Shown in pieces: positions 27,797 to 43,162 of a stretch of DNA of 64,000 bases; within the stretch, counting starts at the first letter, position 1; every line of letters starts with the position of its first letter. Source of the stretch: Eledone cirrhosa (Eukaryota). The notes under the pieces were generated by a model, which was given only the letters and a program-made list of their open reading frames with translations, was not told where the DNA came from and ran no database searches. A program made the position numbers and the translations under genes. The stretch lies in assembly GCA_964016885.1 (NCBI GenBank), contig OZ024741.1, forward strand, positions 107,632,001 through 107,696,000. The letters run 5' to 3'.

Positions 27797-28577
27797 CACA
27801 CAAATCTCTCCCTCTCTCTCTCTATATATATATATATATAGACACACACACATACACACATGCACACAAACACACACACACGCACACACACATATATATA
27901 TATATATATGTATATACATATATATATATATAGAGAGAGATATATATATATCATATATATATATATATATATATGTATATACATATATATATATAATATA
28001 TGAAATAGTCTTTTAAGACTATACAGAGCATTTGATGTTATTCCAAATTGAAGGATAAGTGTTTCAAACTTTATTTTATCATGAGTTAAAGGTCTATAGA
28101 TTTTTCCCTGGATTTTACTAAATTCTGTGGATGAATTTATATCCTGATTCTCTTTTGAGATGAGTTTGAGTTATTTTTCCTAAATCTTTCGTTAACTACT
28201 TTTCCCATCTTGACGTTATAGTCGCATATATGTTATAGAATGCCTTTAGCTTCTTGCTAAAACAATCTCTATACCTCTCATTTATATTTATACTCGGATT
28301 CTTTTCCTAGAGTGCTTAAACTATCTGTGACTAATCCCGGTTTTTTTCATAAAAACTGTGATAATTATTGCTGTTTTGCTGAACTCCTTTGTAGAGTTTT
28401 TTTTCAGAATGTATTTGACTGCTATTTCTTGTAAATAAACATTCACTTCCATCCTGACGTCACTAGCCCCGTTTTTTCCTCATGTGCTTTTTCATAAATA
28501 CACATGAAGGCGAACTAGCCAGTTTTAGAATTCCCTTTTTCGGATTATACTACTGTGAGAGCCCTGGTTTCTGTTGA

Positions 28578-28658
28578 GCTCTGCTGATGAATGAAATCCA
28601 ACCGTGACCATCTCCACTGAAAGTTTTCATGAAATAGTCTTTTAATACTATACAGAGC
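28578..28658 (+). ncRNA. Type I hammerhead ribozyme
   Basis: gctctg-CTGATGA-atgaaa[..]tttcat-GAAA-tagtct[ttta]atacta-TA-cagagc. Confidence 0.9.
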
Positions 28659-29206
28659 ATTTGATGTTATTCCAAATTGAAGGATAAGTGTTTCAAACTT
28701 TATTTTATCATGAGTTAAAGGTCTATAGATTTTTCCCTGGATTTTACTAAATTCTGTGAATGAATTTATATCCTGATTCTCTTTTGAGATGAGTTTGAGT
28801 TATTTTTCCTAAATCTTTCGTTAACTACTTTTCCCATCTTGACGTTATAGTCGCATATATGTTATAGAATGCCTTTAGCTTCTTGCTAAAACAATCTCTA
28901 TACCTCTCATTTATATTTATACTCGGATTCTTTTCCTAGAGTGCTTAAACTATCTGTGACTAATCCCGGTTTTTTTCATAAAAACTGTGATAATTATTGC
29001 TATTTTGCTGAACTCCTTTGTAGAGTTTTTTTTCAGAATGTATTTGACTGCTATTTCTTGTAAATAAACATTCACTTCCATCCTGACGTCACTAGCCCCG
29101 TTTTTTCCTCATGTGCTTTTTCATAAATACACATGAAGGCGAACTAGCCAGTTTTAGAATTCCCTTTTTCGGATTATACTACTGTGAGAGCCCTGGTTTC
29201 TGTTGA

Positions 29207-29287
29207 GCTCTGCTGATGAATGAAATCCAACCGTGACCATCTCCACTGAAAGTTTTCATGAAATAGTCTTTTAAGACTATACAGAGC
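29207..29287 (+). ncRNA. Type I hammerhead ribozyme
   Basis: gctctg-CTGATGA-atgaaa[..]tttcat-GAAA-tagtct[ttta]agacta-TA-cagagc; all three stems perfectly paired. Confidence 0.93.
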
Positions 29288-29537
29288 ATTTGATGTTATT
29301 CCAAATTGAAGGATAAGTGTTTCAAACTTTATTTTATCATGAGTTAAAGGTCTATAGATTTTTCCCTGGATTTTACTAAATTCTGTGAATGAATTTATAT
29401 CCTGATTCTCTTTTGAGATGAGTTTGAGTTATTTTTCCTAAATCTTTCGTTAACTACTTTTCCCATCTTGACGTTATAGTCGCATATATGTTATAGAATG
29501 CCGTTAGCTTCTTGCTAAAACAATGTCTATACCTCTC

Positions 29538-29606
<69 letters not shown>

Positions 29607-29771
29607 AAGAGAGAGAAAGAGAGACAACGATCAAGCGATATACACGATTTCAAGTAAAATCAATCCATAAATCTATACCCAACATTACCCACAAAACACC
29701 AAGTAAACAATCACACCCAACGAAACCATATGTTAGACACTACAAGCACAACAAGAAGCAGCATGCGCCAA

Positions 29772-29958
29772 ATAATAATTGTTTCTACTTTTGGCACAAG
29801 GCCAGCAATTATCCCAGTGTATTACTAGTACTTTATTTTATCGACCCCGTAAGGATGAAAGGCAAAGTTAACCTCGGCGGGATTTGAACTCGGAATAGCA
29901 TCACTATGCGTCAAATCATGGCGTCCGACCATCTACCGTTACTGCCAATCCACCCCCT
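29772..29958 (-). mobile_element. tRNA-derived SINE
   Basis: Full core, B box (gagttcaaatc on minus). Confidence 0.88.
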
Positions 29959-30239
29959 TAAAATAGTAAAGGTATAAACAAACATACACTCGTGCACACA
30001 TACACATACACACACAGAAACACACACACATATATATATGTGTGTGTGTGTGTGTGTGCGTGTATATATATATTATATACATATATATTTGGGTGTGTAC
30101 GTGTATATATATATATATATATATATCACTGTCGTCATTGAAATATGTATCTCAGCATTATCATTAAAGGACTTTAAAATCTGAAACTACTTCGCTTTTT
30201 CTTATTCTCTCTCTCTATATATATATTATTAAATACATA

Positions 30240-30290
<51 letters not shown>

Positions 30291-30491
30291 GGAACGAGTA
30301 GGACCCCGACGGGTGAGCTCAAGCCGTTTCGACGGCTAATTCGGCTAATTTTTTAGTCCAGAATTAGCCGTCGAAACGGCTTGAGCTCAGCCGTCGGGGT
30401 CCTACTCGTTCCCATTACCCACTCTACTACCCTAAGTATTGAGTACTTTGGTGCGTTATGGTCCACCTGGTTCCTTACCACATTTCCTTCG

Positions 30492-30493
<2 letters not shown>
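30291..30493 (+). mobile_element. Hairpin-plus-tail mini-element, copy 3
   Basis: ggaacgagtaggacccc..ggggtcctactcgttcc arms, same tail, (TA)n both sides. Confidence 0.88.
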
Positions 30494-30550
<57 letters not shown>

Positions 30551-30552
<2 letters not shown>

Positions 30553-30752
30553 TGCAGAACTGATGAGAAATCTGCAGATACTCCACCTGATTACACCTTC
30601 AGATTTATGCCTGTGATTATTGGGGCACCGGGGTATGTTAGTAACTGCCTCAATACGAATCTTGAGAAGCTAGGCTTCAGAGGAACAGAAAGAACACAAC
30701 TAGTTAGGAAATTACAAGTACAATCCATTAATGGAACAGTAGAAAATTTTGC
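30551..30752 (+). pseudogene. RLE-type (R4/R2-group) non-LTR retrotransposon C-terminal fragment
   Basis: YAELMRNLQIL..FMPVIIGAPGYVSNCLNTNLEKLGF..LVRKLQVQSINGTV. Confidence 0.65.
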
Positions 30753-31399
30753 ATCTAATAACTGCATATACACATGTACAGATACAAAGTATATACACAT
30801 GTACAGATACAAAGTATATACACGTGCACACATACAACTCAAAACATACACATCCACACATACAATAACATCCACATCTACACATACATGCATGCAGGCA
30901 TGCATACATAATCAACCTAGTTGATGTTGAGTAAATTCCAATGAGGGAGTCTTGTGTCTATGTCAGAAACCGACTATCTCTCTCTCTATTGGTAAACATT
31001 TGTGAAATTATAAAACCAGAGGAATATACATACATATATGTAGCTTTTAAGTTTTTCACACTAGTGGCCTTCTACCCCCTGTAATTGAAAACATACTCTT
31101 TCACGTTTTCTCCTCTCTATATTGTATTATGAACTTATTCCTTTAGCTCCTTGAATTACAGGGATATACGCTAGTATTTGACTCCATTGTTTCATTACAT
31201 ATATATACACACTTTGCTTTTGCATTTGTTTTGCATGATACTTGATATGAATGTGAAATCGTGTGTTGAAACGTATATTGTTATACTTTGGGACGGTCAT
31301 TCTGCCTATAAAAAGACATGCATCTATTGAGTTTCACTTCAGTATATTATTAATTTAGTAACTAATCCCTTCCTCGGTTAGTTTAGTAAATTGATATTT

Positions 31400-32760
<1,361 letters not shown>

Positions 32761-33584
32761 TAGTGCATGTGTTTTTATTGGTAAAATGACAATCCACTAA
32801 TATAACAATATCTGTTTCAACATATGATCTCACATCAAGACTCTTGCAAAACACACAAACACACGCACACACATACACACACACGCTCACACACACACAT
32901 ACATACACCCCACACACACAACCACACACACAAGCAAACACACGCATAAACACACATACATAAACACAGATATATATGTATGTATATACTTGTCGACAGC
33001 TTTCTTGCTTGGTTAATATTTGATTTTTTGTTTGATTGAATACAAATCATATATTAACATTTCTACACACACATACATACCCATTTATATGAGTCTGCGC
33101 GCATGAGTGTGTGTGTGTGTTATGCATGCCTTTGTGTATGTGTGTTATGTGTGCCTTTTGTGTGTGTATGTATGTATGTGTGTGTGTGTGTGTGTGCGAC
33201 AACAGAAGAGGTGTGTAATCTCGATATATTTATACGTGGGGAGAAATCGATACATTTGTACTTTTATACTTTGCATCTAACATAGTTATTGGGGGGTAAA
33301 AGCTTACCAGGGGTTATAAAGACATTGAACGTTATTATCAATTTTGTCTTGAAGGAATCTGTGAAGGATGCAACGACAGGAACTGTATCATACAAATACA
33401 CAAAACTCCAAAACAAAAATAAGTAATCGTTATAAAAATTGCATTTTAATTCTTTGAGAATGATCGATTTACAAAGTTTGTATTACAAAAAAAGTTTCAC
33501 AACTTCCAGCAACATTGATCGATTCTGACAGTATTTTGGCGATATTTCAAATACGAAAATATTGGACAGAGTCCAGCAATGTAA

Positions 33585-34010
33585 TAATAATAATGATTTC
33601 TACTATAGGCACAAGGCCAGCAATTTGGGGAAGGGAAAGTCAATTATATCGACCCCACTGCATTACTGGTTCTTTATTTTATCAACCCCGTAAGGATGAG
33701 AGGTAAAGCTAACCTCGACGGCATTTGAACTCAGAACGTAAAGGGACACAGCTCAATGCCGCGAAGTATGGCGTCTGACGCTATCCCGTTACTGCCAATA
33801 ATAATTGCTTCTATTTTAGGCATAAAGCCAGTAATATTGGTGAGGGGAAATTCGATTATATCGACACCAGTGGATTACTGGTACTTTATTTTATCGACAC
33901 CGTAAGGATGACAGGCAAAATTAACCCCGGCGGGATTTGAACTCAGAATGGCAAGGGCCGCAACTCAATGCCAGGAAGCATAGCGTCTGATGCTTTATCG
34001 ATACTGCCAA
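33585..34010 (-). mobile_element. Two tandem tRNA-derived SINEs
   Basis: Cores at ~33680 and ~33890. Confidence 0.85.
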
Positions 34011-34019
34011 TAATAATAA

Positions 34020-35390
34020 TAATAATTGTTTTATGTATTGGCCACATGGGCCGACATATAGGGGACAATAGAAAAACAGGGACATTAAAATCAAGTAAAA
34101 ATACACAATAACAAAAATAATTAAAAATAAATATATAAGAAAAACAAATTCCACAATAGAGAGGCGAACCAACCAAGGGTGACTCATGTATCCCGCCAAT
34201 CCTGAGCCAGCCAACGCGCCGAGGGCACCCGGGATGCGTACCCCAATTCTCAAATTAACAAGCCTACAGGTGCATTCTCAGTGTAGGTCCATTCACTCGG
34301 GCCATTCTCACCATATTCACTCGCCTTTTAACAAGTGAAATTTGAAGAAGTTGATGGGGATTTAGCCGAAAAGTGTCTGTCTTTACTCTTTTCAACCTGA
34401 TCTACCACACAATCTTTTTTGCTACCACCACCAGACAGAGGAAAAGTACCTGTCCTTCCCAGTCAAAAGAAGGCAGTGGGGTGATTTTTCACTATGGACT
34501 CGGTCAATAGCCGGATCCGTCCTGCACGCAACAATAGATGTTCGATCTAACTCCATATCTCAGTAAGGCACCGACACTGGACGAGTGCGTACAGAACGGT
34601 TTACTCGCTCTGCACGCATTTCGGGCTGATCCGCACTTCCGCGCCTGTAGATTTTATCTCGAACCGGCAGTGCCCTCCGGTAGCAATGCCAAGCGAGGGA
34701 TTTCTGGAAGGTATCCATAGTGGCCGGCTCGAAGGTCCTCCGGAACAGAAACAGTCCCGAAAGCTGGCCATTAACTTTGACCACCGAGCAGATGCTGCTG
34801 TGGAGCTATCCAGTCTCCGAAAACAGGACCGAAGCCAGCTGCCTTGAGGACAACCTCCAACTCTCGATGGTTGATCCCATCGAAAGCTTTCGATTGATCT
34901 AAATTGATCAGAGCTCTACCAAAGCCAGGTTTACAGCCTATGCACTATATGATGTATCGCAAGAGGTTGAGGTTGTCGTGCATGGACCTGATCAGGATTG
35001 CGCAAGTTTGCGCCTCCTCTACCAAATGCTCGACAGCAAGCGCCAACCTCTTCGCTAACACCTTGGCCAACATCTTAACCTCTGTGTATAGCATACTTAT
35101 GGGCTGGAAGTTGTTTAATGTATCCCTCCTGTTCTCGGCTTTCCTTATCAGCGTCACTACACTCCGGTTCACAGAACTGGGAATACTCCTTTTCTGCTGC
35201 CAATTGAAGCAGAGCACTTCGGGGAGATCGGAGAATATGCCTGTAATATCTACGTAAAGCTCGTAGGGCCGACCATCCAAACCGAATGACTTGAACCTTG
35301 TACAGTCGACTAGAGCATCCTGAATCTAGGCTGAAGTTATCGGCCGTTCGCAGCGGTCAGCATCGGCCGACGAGAGACGCTATAATTCTT
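34020..35390 (-). pseudogene. Tx1/L1-like LINE ORF2 remnant with 3' UTR
   Basis: DGRPYELY..IPSSVNRSVVTLIRK..NFQPISML..KMLAKVLAKRL..EAQTCAI..SMHDNL. Confidence 0.85.
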
Positions 35391-35789
35391 TCTTTATTGG
35401 CCACTATGGCCGTAACATAATGGACGGTACAAAAGAACAGGGATAGTAGAGATTTACATAATAACGTATAAAAAGAGGAAACAGTCAACAAATAGCAATA
35501 AATAAATAAAACTTCAACTTCCCGATAGAGCAAGGCCTCGCCTATTGGTAGTTTAGAAACTCCACAGATTCGAAACCACACTAATTGCCAAGAGCACAAT
35601 AAGAAGATTCTCCTCCCACCTCTCTGAACTCTCCATTCTCCAGTCCCTTGCACAGCATAGGCCCATTCACATAGGTCGGGTCATGCTCGCTATATTCAAC
35701 GACCATTTAACTTATGTACTGTGTAGTAGCACTTCTCTCTGACTCCTCACCTACCCTTCCACATTGAACTTGAAAAAATGATGAGGGTT

Positions 35790-37265
35790 TCGCCAAAGTG
35801 GGAAAGCGTCTGTCTTAAGTCCTTTCAGTCGTGTCAAACGTAAAACCTATTTCGCTATACCTACGAGCCAGAAGTAAACTGCCTGTCCTTTCTGTACACA
35901 ATAAGATGGTGAGGTTATCTTCACGATGGAGTTAGCCAATAGCCAGATCCGTCTAACACTCGATACCAGCTGTTCGACAAATATCAACAAGTCGTCAATG
36001 CACGAACACTGTACGAGTGCGTGCTGAAGGTTTTCGTCGCTCTGCGTTCATCACGGAGAGGTCCGTCTCATAGCACTTCCATTCATTTACAGTATATCTG
36101 GGATTTTTGGAAATTATCCGCAGGCCCTGGTTTGAAAGTCCTCTAAACAGTTTGTCGTTGTCGACGCTCAGATTCTCCACGAGAACGTCGACGCATAATG
36201 GGTATTGCTGGCAGATGGACCACCTGACCTTTCCACAAGTAAACAAAGAAGATCCACTTCATTATAATGAGGCACTAAATGTGTAAAAGCGATGTACGCG
36301 TTCACCACCTCCGATTGACCTTTCACGGATAGATTTCCTTGGCCCATTTCTGGATAAGAGTATCCACTCAGCTCGTTATCTAGTTCCATTTCCTATCCGC
36401 CTGGAGGTCCAGACCGAACCGGATCCTGAGCATCTTGACCAGTCCGTCCGTCCATATTCCGAGCTGAAAGCCCACCGACTTTTGCGGGATGATTTTTGCT
36501 CCCATCAAATTTTCATATTCTCTCAGCAGTTACCAACCACCTCGAATGCCGAAGTATTCGTCACCATCACGGTGAACTTGTCGCATACAAAGGCCTTCCA
36601 GTTGCTGGTTCGAGCGGGATGCCCTGCAAGAGCTCCAGCTTCTGCAGTAACGTCTCGAAAGTCAGCATATCTGAAACAGTTCCGATAGGTAGCTAATTGC
36701 TCTGACCACTGAGTAGATGCCGCTGTGCATTGCAGCGATCCAGACTCCGAAGATGGGATCGAAACTGACTGTCTTGAGAATTGCTTTTAGTTATCGATGG
36801 TCAATTGCTAATAAAAGCTTTCGATTGATTGAAATTTATCAGCGCCCAGAGAAGCCAGATTTACTGACTACCCTCTCTGCGATATATTGTGTGAGGTAGA
36901 GGTTGTCGTGTATAGAACTAGTCGGGATTGTCAACATTTGCGTTGCCCCCACCAGACGCTTGACGACAAGCGCCAACCTCATTGCTACCAGATTGAGGAA
37001 AATCTTAAACTCTACATCAAGCAGAGTTATGGGCCAGACATCGCCAATATCATTTCCCTTGTTCTCGTCTTTCCTCATCGGCGTTAAAATATCTCGACTT
37101 ACAGAGCAGGCAATTCTTCCCTTTTACTGCCAGTTGTAGTAGACATCTTCGAGGACATCGGAAAATAAGTCTGGCATGTCTTCATAAAGCCCTATGGTCG
37201 ATCATCAAAACCGGGCGATTTGCGTCACGTGTAGCTGTCTAGGCTTTCCGTATCTCGGCTTTTCA
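35790..37265 (-). pseudogene. Second Tx1/L1-like LINE RT remnant
   Basis: WPITLLDVEFKIFLNLVAMRLALVVKRLVGATQ..SIHDNL. Confidence 0.8.
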
Positions 37266-38119
37266 CAGCACATTTTCCTGTCTCATGGGATCTTTACCCG
37301 ATTTTTGTAAGATATTTTAGATCAACTGGTTTTAATTATAGATATTTTCTGCGTCGGAGCTCCCTACACCTTATATACTTTATTAAAGCTAAATACATAT
37401 GTATTTCGTTCGATACCAATCGTACATATATACCAATCTAACAATTCTATGGCAAATTCAAAAAAGCATTAAAGTGTCTGCGAAATATCATGCAACATTT
37501 AATCTGGATAATCAGTTCTCACGCTCCCGATTTAAGAAAGTATAGTACGGGTACAGGCCGTGGAACTTGCATTTTGCTTCCGAGTTAAAATTTCGTTGGG
37601 AGTTTGTTGGTGTTAAACTAATCAATCGCTCATTTTCATACCACCACCTGGTTCTTGGACACATTTAAGAGAGTTCATTTTGCTGCAAGCATTCAAAGTA
37701 GGTTTAAAGAGACATGCATCATGCCATCCCTTCTACCAACCTACACGTTAAAAATAACATGTACTTCTTATAAAATAATGATGAATATGAACCATCTACA
37801 TGATTGTTTATTTATTTACTCCAACGAATTACAATGTTATATCTATTTGTATTCCTTTAATTGTTAGCAGGTCAAATCATTTGACACATCAATATGACTG
37901 CATTTTCATTATATATACTAGCAGAAAAACCACCCTCGGGTGGTTTTCTGCTAGCGTGTGTAGTGTGTAAGTTGATATTATACACAAATATATATACATG
38001 TAGATATGATACATCAAATAAAATCGTAATTGACAATATACACAGAAATTGAATGAAGACTGTGTTACACTGTCTTATGTAATCAGTAACGTAATCCATG
38101 ATATATTAAAAAAAGACGA

Positions 38120-39229
38120 TATCTATATCTATACATATATATAAAACTGTAGTTGTCTGCGTGTGTCCCCTCATTTTTGCAAAGTCTATACAAATCCACA
38201 TTTCTACTCCGATTGACTTCAAACTTGCATTTATATATTCCTTGTGGTCTAAAGATATTAACTGCAGCTTTTATTTTTCAATTTTCTGTTGTTAAAGGGG
38301 TGTTAGGCGCCGGTTATCGATCTCCGTCGAGCCCTTATAATATCTGTCTGTATGTCTGACTGTCTGCATCACGACATTATTACAAACACGTCATTGCTGA
38401 CGTATTACGTTCGCCTTTTTCCGTTCATTGCCAGGGAATCTCTTCACGAACCAAAGTATCATCTACCTATTTTCCTTCGGTTGCAAAGGTTTTCGAAATA
38501 TTTACTTCTGCGTTCACAGATTGATTTTTTTTTAGTTTCAGAAGATCCCGTTAAGGGTGAAAGCAGCGAGTCTTGGCTTGCCAATAAACATTAACTCTTT
38601 GTGCGCCATTCATCTAACTGTAGACCAAAAAATACCAACTAAACGGAGAGTTGGCAAGAACGATGGCGAGGTAAGCAGTTTCCTCCCGAGCTGTTAGTTC
38701 ACGCGGGATTCTCTGCAACACATTTTCGTAATAATACTGAACAACGTACTGCTAGTCACTCCTGCCTCCAAAAACCGTACAAAGCGGACATGTGCACCGG
38801 ACAGATGGATCTGGTACAAATCTACACCAGGACTACGCGAGAAATTCGCAAGGGACTGCACCGAGAGGGATAGAGAGAAAGAGTAACTTAGTGACAAGAG
38901 TGCGAATGAACTTTTGAGGTTAGTAGCATACTCCTTACTGCTATTGCACTGGATCTTCCTGCCAACTTAATCTGTGACTTTCTCTTTCACATTTACTCCA
39001 ATAGGCCAAAACAGAGGAGTATGAAAAGAAGGGGCTCAACAATATTTCTATGAACAATGCACGTAAACAGCTAAACTGTACTTTCAACTTCTTAATTTTC
39101 TCCAAATAAAACAAGTTTCCTGTCGGTAGATTTTCGTCAGTTTTTAATAGGCATTCACAAATAAACGTTTCTCATTGGAGGTGCTATTACGAATGTTCTT
39201 ACCCGTGCAACGCCGGGATACACTGCTAG
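38120..39229 (+). mobile_element. Non-autonomous Helitron-like element
   Basis: 5' tctatat..tatataaaactgtagttgtctg; 3' hairpin cccgtgcaacgccggg followed by CTAGT; ends shared with 59525-60468. Confidence 0.75.
38390..38580 (+). mobile_element. Diverged Naiad-like pLTR fragment inside the Helitron-like element
   Basis: Homologous to 27555-27722, retains agtttCAGAAGAtcccgttaagggtGAAAgcagc. Confidence 0.8.
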
Positions 39230-41007
39230 TTATATATAAACTACATTAGGAGAAAATTAGCGACGGAAATATATGCGATATTTTATTAAATGTTATAATA
39301 TAACGGCCGCTAACCGGAAGTGTTGACATTTGAAAATTGTAAAGAAGTGAATTATTAAATAAGCTATAAAATATATTTAATCAACAGCCACGAAATTTAG
39401 CACATAAATTATGTAATATTCATTCATTATTTATTCAAAGTAATCCAACTTATTTTACCAACGGGGTAAAAAAATAATATTCTGGACGGAGTCCCGCACT
39501 GCTCCCTTTATTATAGTTAAGATATATATATATATTTAAATGATATCTGGAATATTTGATTTTAGTTTCAAAAAATCCTCCAGTTGAATGCAAGTTTTGC
39601 AAACTATGTACGAAGATGAGAGAAATGGAAGAAACTTTATATAACTTCATATATCGATTAAAGAACAAGTATCATTATGTGTGCTGTTGTTTTTGTCAAT
39701 ATAATACCAATAATAGAGATGTATTGATTGGTAAAATGCATTGGTAGCAATACAGAGGATCACCAATTAATTATTTTTTAAGAAGCTATCAGGAATATAA
39801 ATTATCTTTGAATTACTTTTGATGTTTGTATTTTTCCCATTCCATTAAATTGAATTTTTTTGCATTCTTTACATTTTCTCTGAAGCGATTCAAATCATAG
39901 ATTTCCCCTCCTATTTCTAATTAAGAAGACGATTCCATTACGCCGAGATTAATAATTATAAAATAGTTCGTTGGTGTTGTATAGTTCATTAAAAGTATAT
40001 AATATTTTACATTTAATCCATAATTTCAATCGCTGATTTTTTTTCTATCATGTTTTATTGCTAATTTCTTTCAGTCCAATAACTAATAATGATTTCTCAT
40101 TTCGGTACAAGGCCAAATGTTCGGAGGATGGAAAAATTGAATATATCAAATCCAATACATGGCAGGTACATTCGGAAGAATGAAATGCAAAATTCATCTT
40201 GACAGAATTTAAGCTGTAAAACATTTCAGAACAAATATCTCAAATCATTTTGCCAGATTACCTAATATTTCTGCCAATACAACATTAATTTTAATGTTGA
40301 TAGACTTTGTGGAATATTTCAAAACAAGAATAGCCACAACACTAACTGCTAATATTTCCGTCGATGACAAGTGACTTTGTTGACTGGAGCAAGTTTTGTC
40401 ATGTTCTCTTTTACGTGTTTCTGGTTTCGCATTATAGAGTGATGTGAACAATCACATCATATTATCTGCCTTGACTGAAAGCCGGTATTAAATTAGGTCT
40501 CAACACTATTAGATATATTTCTGACCTTATCATCTATAGTCCTATCGCATTAAATTTCAACATCGCTAATATGAGAAACCTACTAATATTTACATTGTTC
40601 CACATCTTCGGTATCACTCATTTAAATGAAAAATTGTACGTCTTTTATAAAGCTTGATCTACTAGTGTTTGGTAATCCTATGTCACCCACAACCACCACT
40701 ACCACCACCACCACCCAAAACAACAACAACAACAACAAAACAGACCAGTAACACAACAATCACCAACACCACCACCAACAACAAAAATAACTACAATATC
40801 AACATCGTCTTTCTCACCACCACTACCAATAACAAGAACAGGATTAGCGATATCCTCATTAACACCAGCAACAGCAATAACACCTCCAAAATCACCACTA
40901 CAAAAACAACCACCATCACCATTATTATTAATATTATTATTATTATCTGAAACTTTCTTTGAATCCTGCTTCTTTCCTAAATAATGCCGAATGTCGGAGG
41001 CAAAATT

Positions 41008-41678
41008 TAATAATTGTTTCTACTATTGGCACAAGGCCAGCAATTATTCCAGTGCATTACTGGTACTTTATCGACCCCGTAAGGATAAAAGGCAAAGTTA
41101 ACCGCAGTAGGATTTTAACTCAGACCATAGACGGGCGTAACTCTATGCTGGAAAGCATAGCGTCCGACCCTCTACCGATACTGCCAATCCATACAAATGA
41201 TGCCACAAGGGCACAAACAATAAGTAAATGTCTTTACAAGTTTCTAAATTAATAATGGTTTCTTATATAGGCACAAGGCCAGTAATTTGGGGGGAAGGGA
41301 AAGTCGATTAAATCGACCGCAGTGCGTGACTGGTACTTTATTTTATCGACCCCATTAGGATGAAAGGCAAAGTTAAACTCGGCGGGATTTGAGCGCAGAT
41401 CATAAAGAGCCGTAACTCTATGCTGCAAAGCATGGCGTCCGACCCTCTACTGATACTGCCAACCTACCGCCCTCAGGTTTCTAAATTAATAATGCTCTTA
41501 ATATCGGTAGATGGGTCGGACGCCATGCTTTGCAGCAAAGAGTTACGGCCCTTTATGGTCTGAGTTCAAATCCCGCCGAAGTTAACTTTGCCTTTCATCC
41601 TGACGGGGTCGATAAAATAAAGTACCAGTGATACACTGTGATAATTGCTGGCCTTGTGCCAAAAGTAGAAACAATTAT
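41008..41678. mobile_element. Cluster of three SINEs (two minus, one plus)
   Basis: Cores at ~41070, ~41345 and ~41590; gtttctaaattaataatg duplicated at ~41240 and ~41478 (TSD). Confidence 0.85.
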
Positions 41679-41679
41679 T

Positions 41680-43150
41680 TTCTGTATCTCTTACAGATAT
41701 GGCTTTCCAGGTATCTGTTCCAAATATTTTTTATTTCCCTTTGTTATTAATCCAAGTGCACTGACTATCACTGGTATTGTACAAGCCTTAAAATGCCACA
41801 TTTTTTCAATTTCAAGTGACAGATATTTATACTTACTGAGCTTTCCAAACTCCTTCGAGGAGATGTTAAGATCTGATGGAATGTTCATGTCAATTAAGAA
41901 ACATTTTCTATTTATGGTCCTTCACATTTATATCAGATCTGTTGGCCTTGATTTTTCTGTCAGCATTCACAGGGATATCCCGTAAAATTGTCGTGTTCCC
42001 GCTCCCTGTTAATGCATCTGGGTGAATTTTTGTACCATTTTCCCTCCGTTTTCAGACTATAAAACCTACAATTACCCAGTGTAAATATTGTCCCCTCTAT
42101 CATGCCTCGTTTTATATTCCTGGGGAGCTAATATGTGTAGCCTGAAACCAGGTTGTGTATGGTCTCAACATGCTCATCACAGAATGGACGTTTTGGGTCA
42201 ATTCCGTTTCTGATCACATTGGTTTGAAAGTTGTGCATTGAAAGACATTGGTCTTGTGCAGACAAAGTGAAGCTCTCACTTTGCTTTTAGTCTAGAAGTC
42301 ATAGCGGAGAGTTTGATCTACATAAGGTTCTTTGCTATGGAGAACATACTGACCATGCAGTGGTTTTTTGTTCCAATTTAATGCAGAGTATCTGTTGAGC
42401 TTCATGTTTTGCCAACATTTTGATATTTTTTGCAGCTTTAATCGCAGAATTGCTGTCATTTTCAAAATGTCTTCCCAATTCTTCTGCAAACGTCCTACTT
42501 TCCTTTGTGATTGTATGTAACCTCTTCTTCCTTTCATGATCTGCAACCATTTCCATCATCCAGTTATCTACGGTTTTAAGTACTAATCAAGTCCAATGGT
42601 TGATATTATACCTGACATGGATCATTCTTCTTCCTTTTTCGTATAGGAAGATAGAGGCGATCTGCATCTGCATTTGGGTGATGTATTTTATTACAGGTCA
42701 AATGTTTCCTAATTTTGGTGTCCATCCTATTAATTTCACTAACGCTCCAGTTTATGATATTGAAACTGTAGGTGACAACTGGGATTGCAAGCGCATTTAT
42801 GGCGGATAGCTCATCCTCGAGTTAAGCTCAGTTTTCAAGACAGTACTACTCTACGGAAGTATTCCTTCCTGATTCTCCCATTCATGCTGGTGTGGTGAAT
42901 ACATTGGCCTTCATTGATATCTAGTTATCTATAGGGTTGTTCCTATTTTAGTTTCTTAATTACTGCATTCACATCTATTTCCATTGAGTTTGTGCTTGTC
43001 ATTCTGCCTTTCTTGAATGCTGCTTTGGCACATTTTTCCAATCCAAATTTCATCCCTTCATCATCGCTGAACACCTTAACTGTCCTCAACAGTCCTTTTG
43101 ATTCACTCTCATTTTTGGCATACATTTTCAGATCATCCTTATAAAACATT
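41680..43150 (-). pseudogene. R4/Dong-clade non-LTR retrotransposon remnant (RT, CCHC region, RLE)
   Basis: FYKDDLKMYAKN..FSDDEGMKFGLEKCAK; KPLHGQY; KLSKYKYLSLEIEKMW..IPVIVSALGLI. Confidence 0.88.
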
Positions 43151-43162
43151 ATTATTATTACC

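Larger units (their letters stand above)
28000..29545 (+). mobile_element. Retrozyme-like tandem array, ~2.45 x 629 bp, between (TA)n tracts
   Basis: Near-identical units; predicted HHR cleavage sites at 28023, 28652 and 29281. Confidence 0.92.

Noticed and set aside
30560-30590. CTGATGA hammerhead core
   Set aside because: Falls in LINE coding sequence (ELMRN) with no stem II-GAAA
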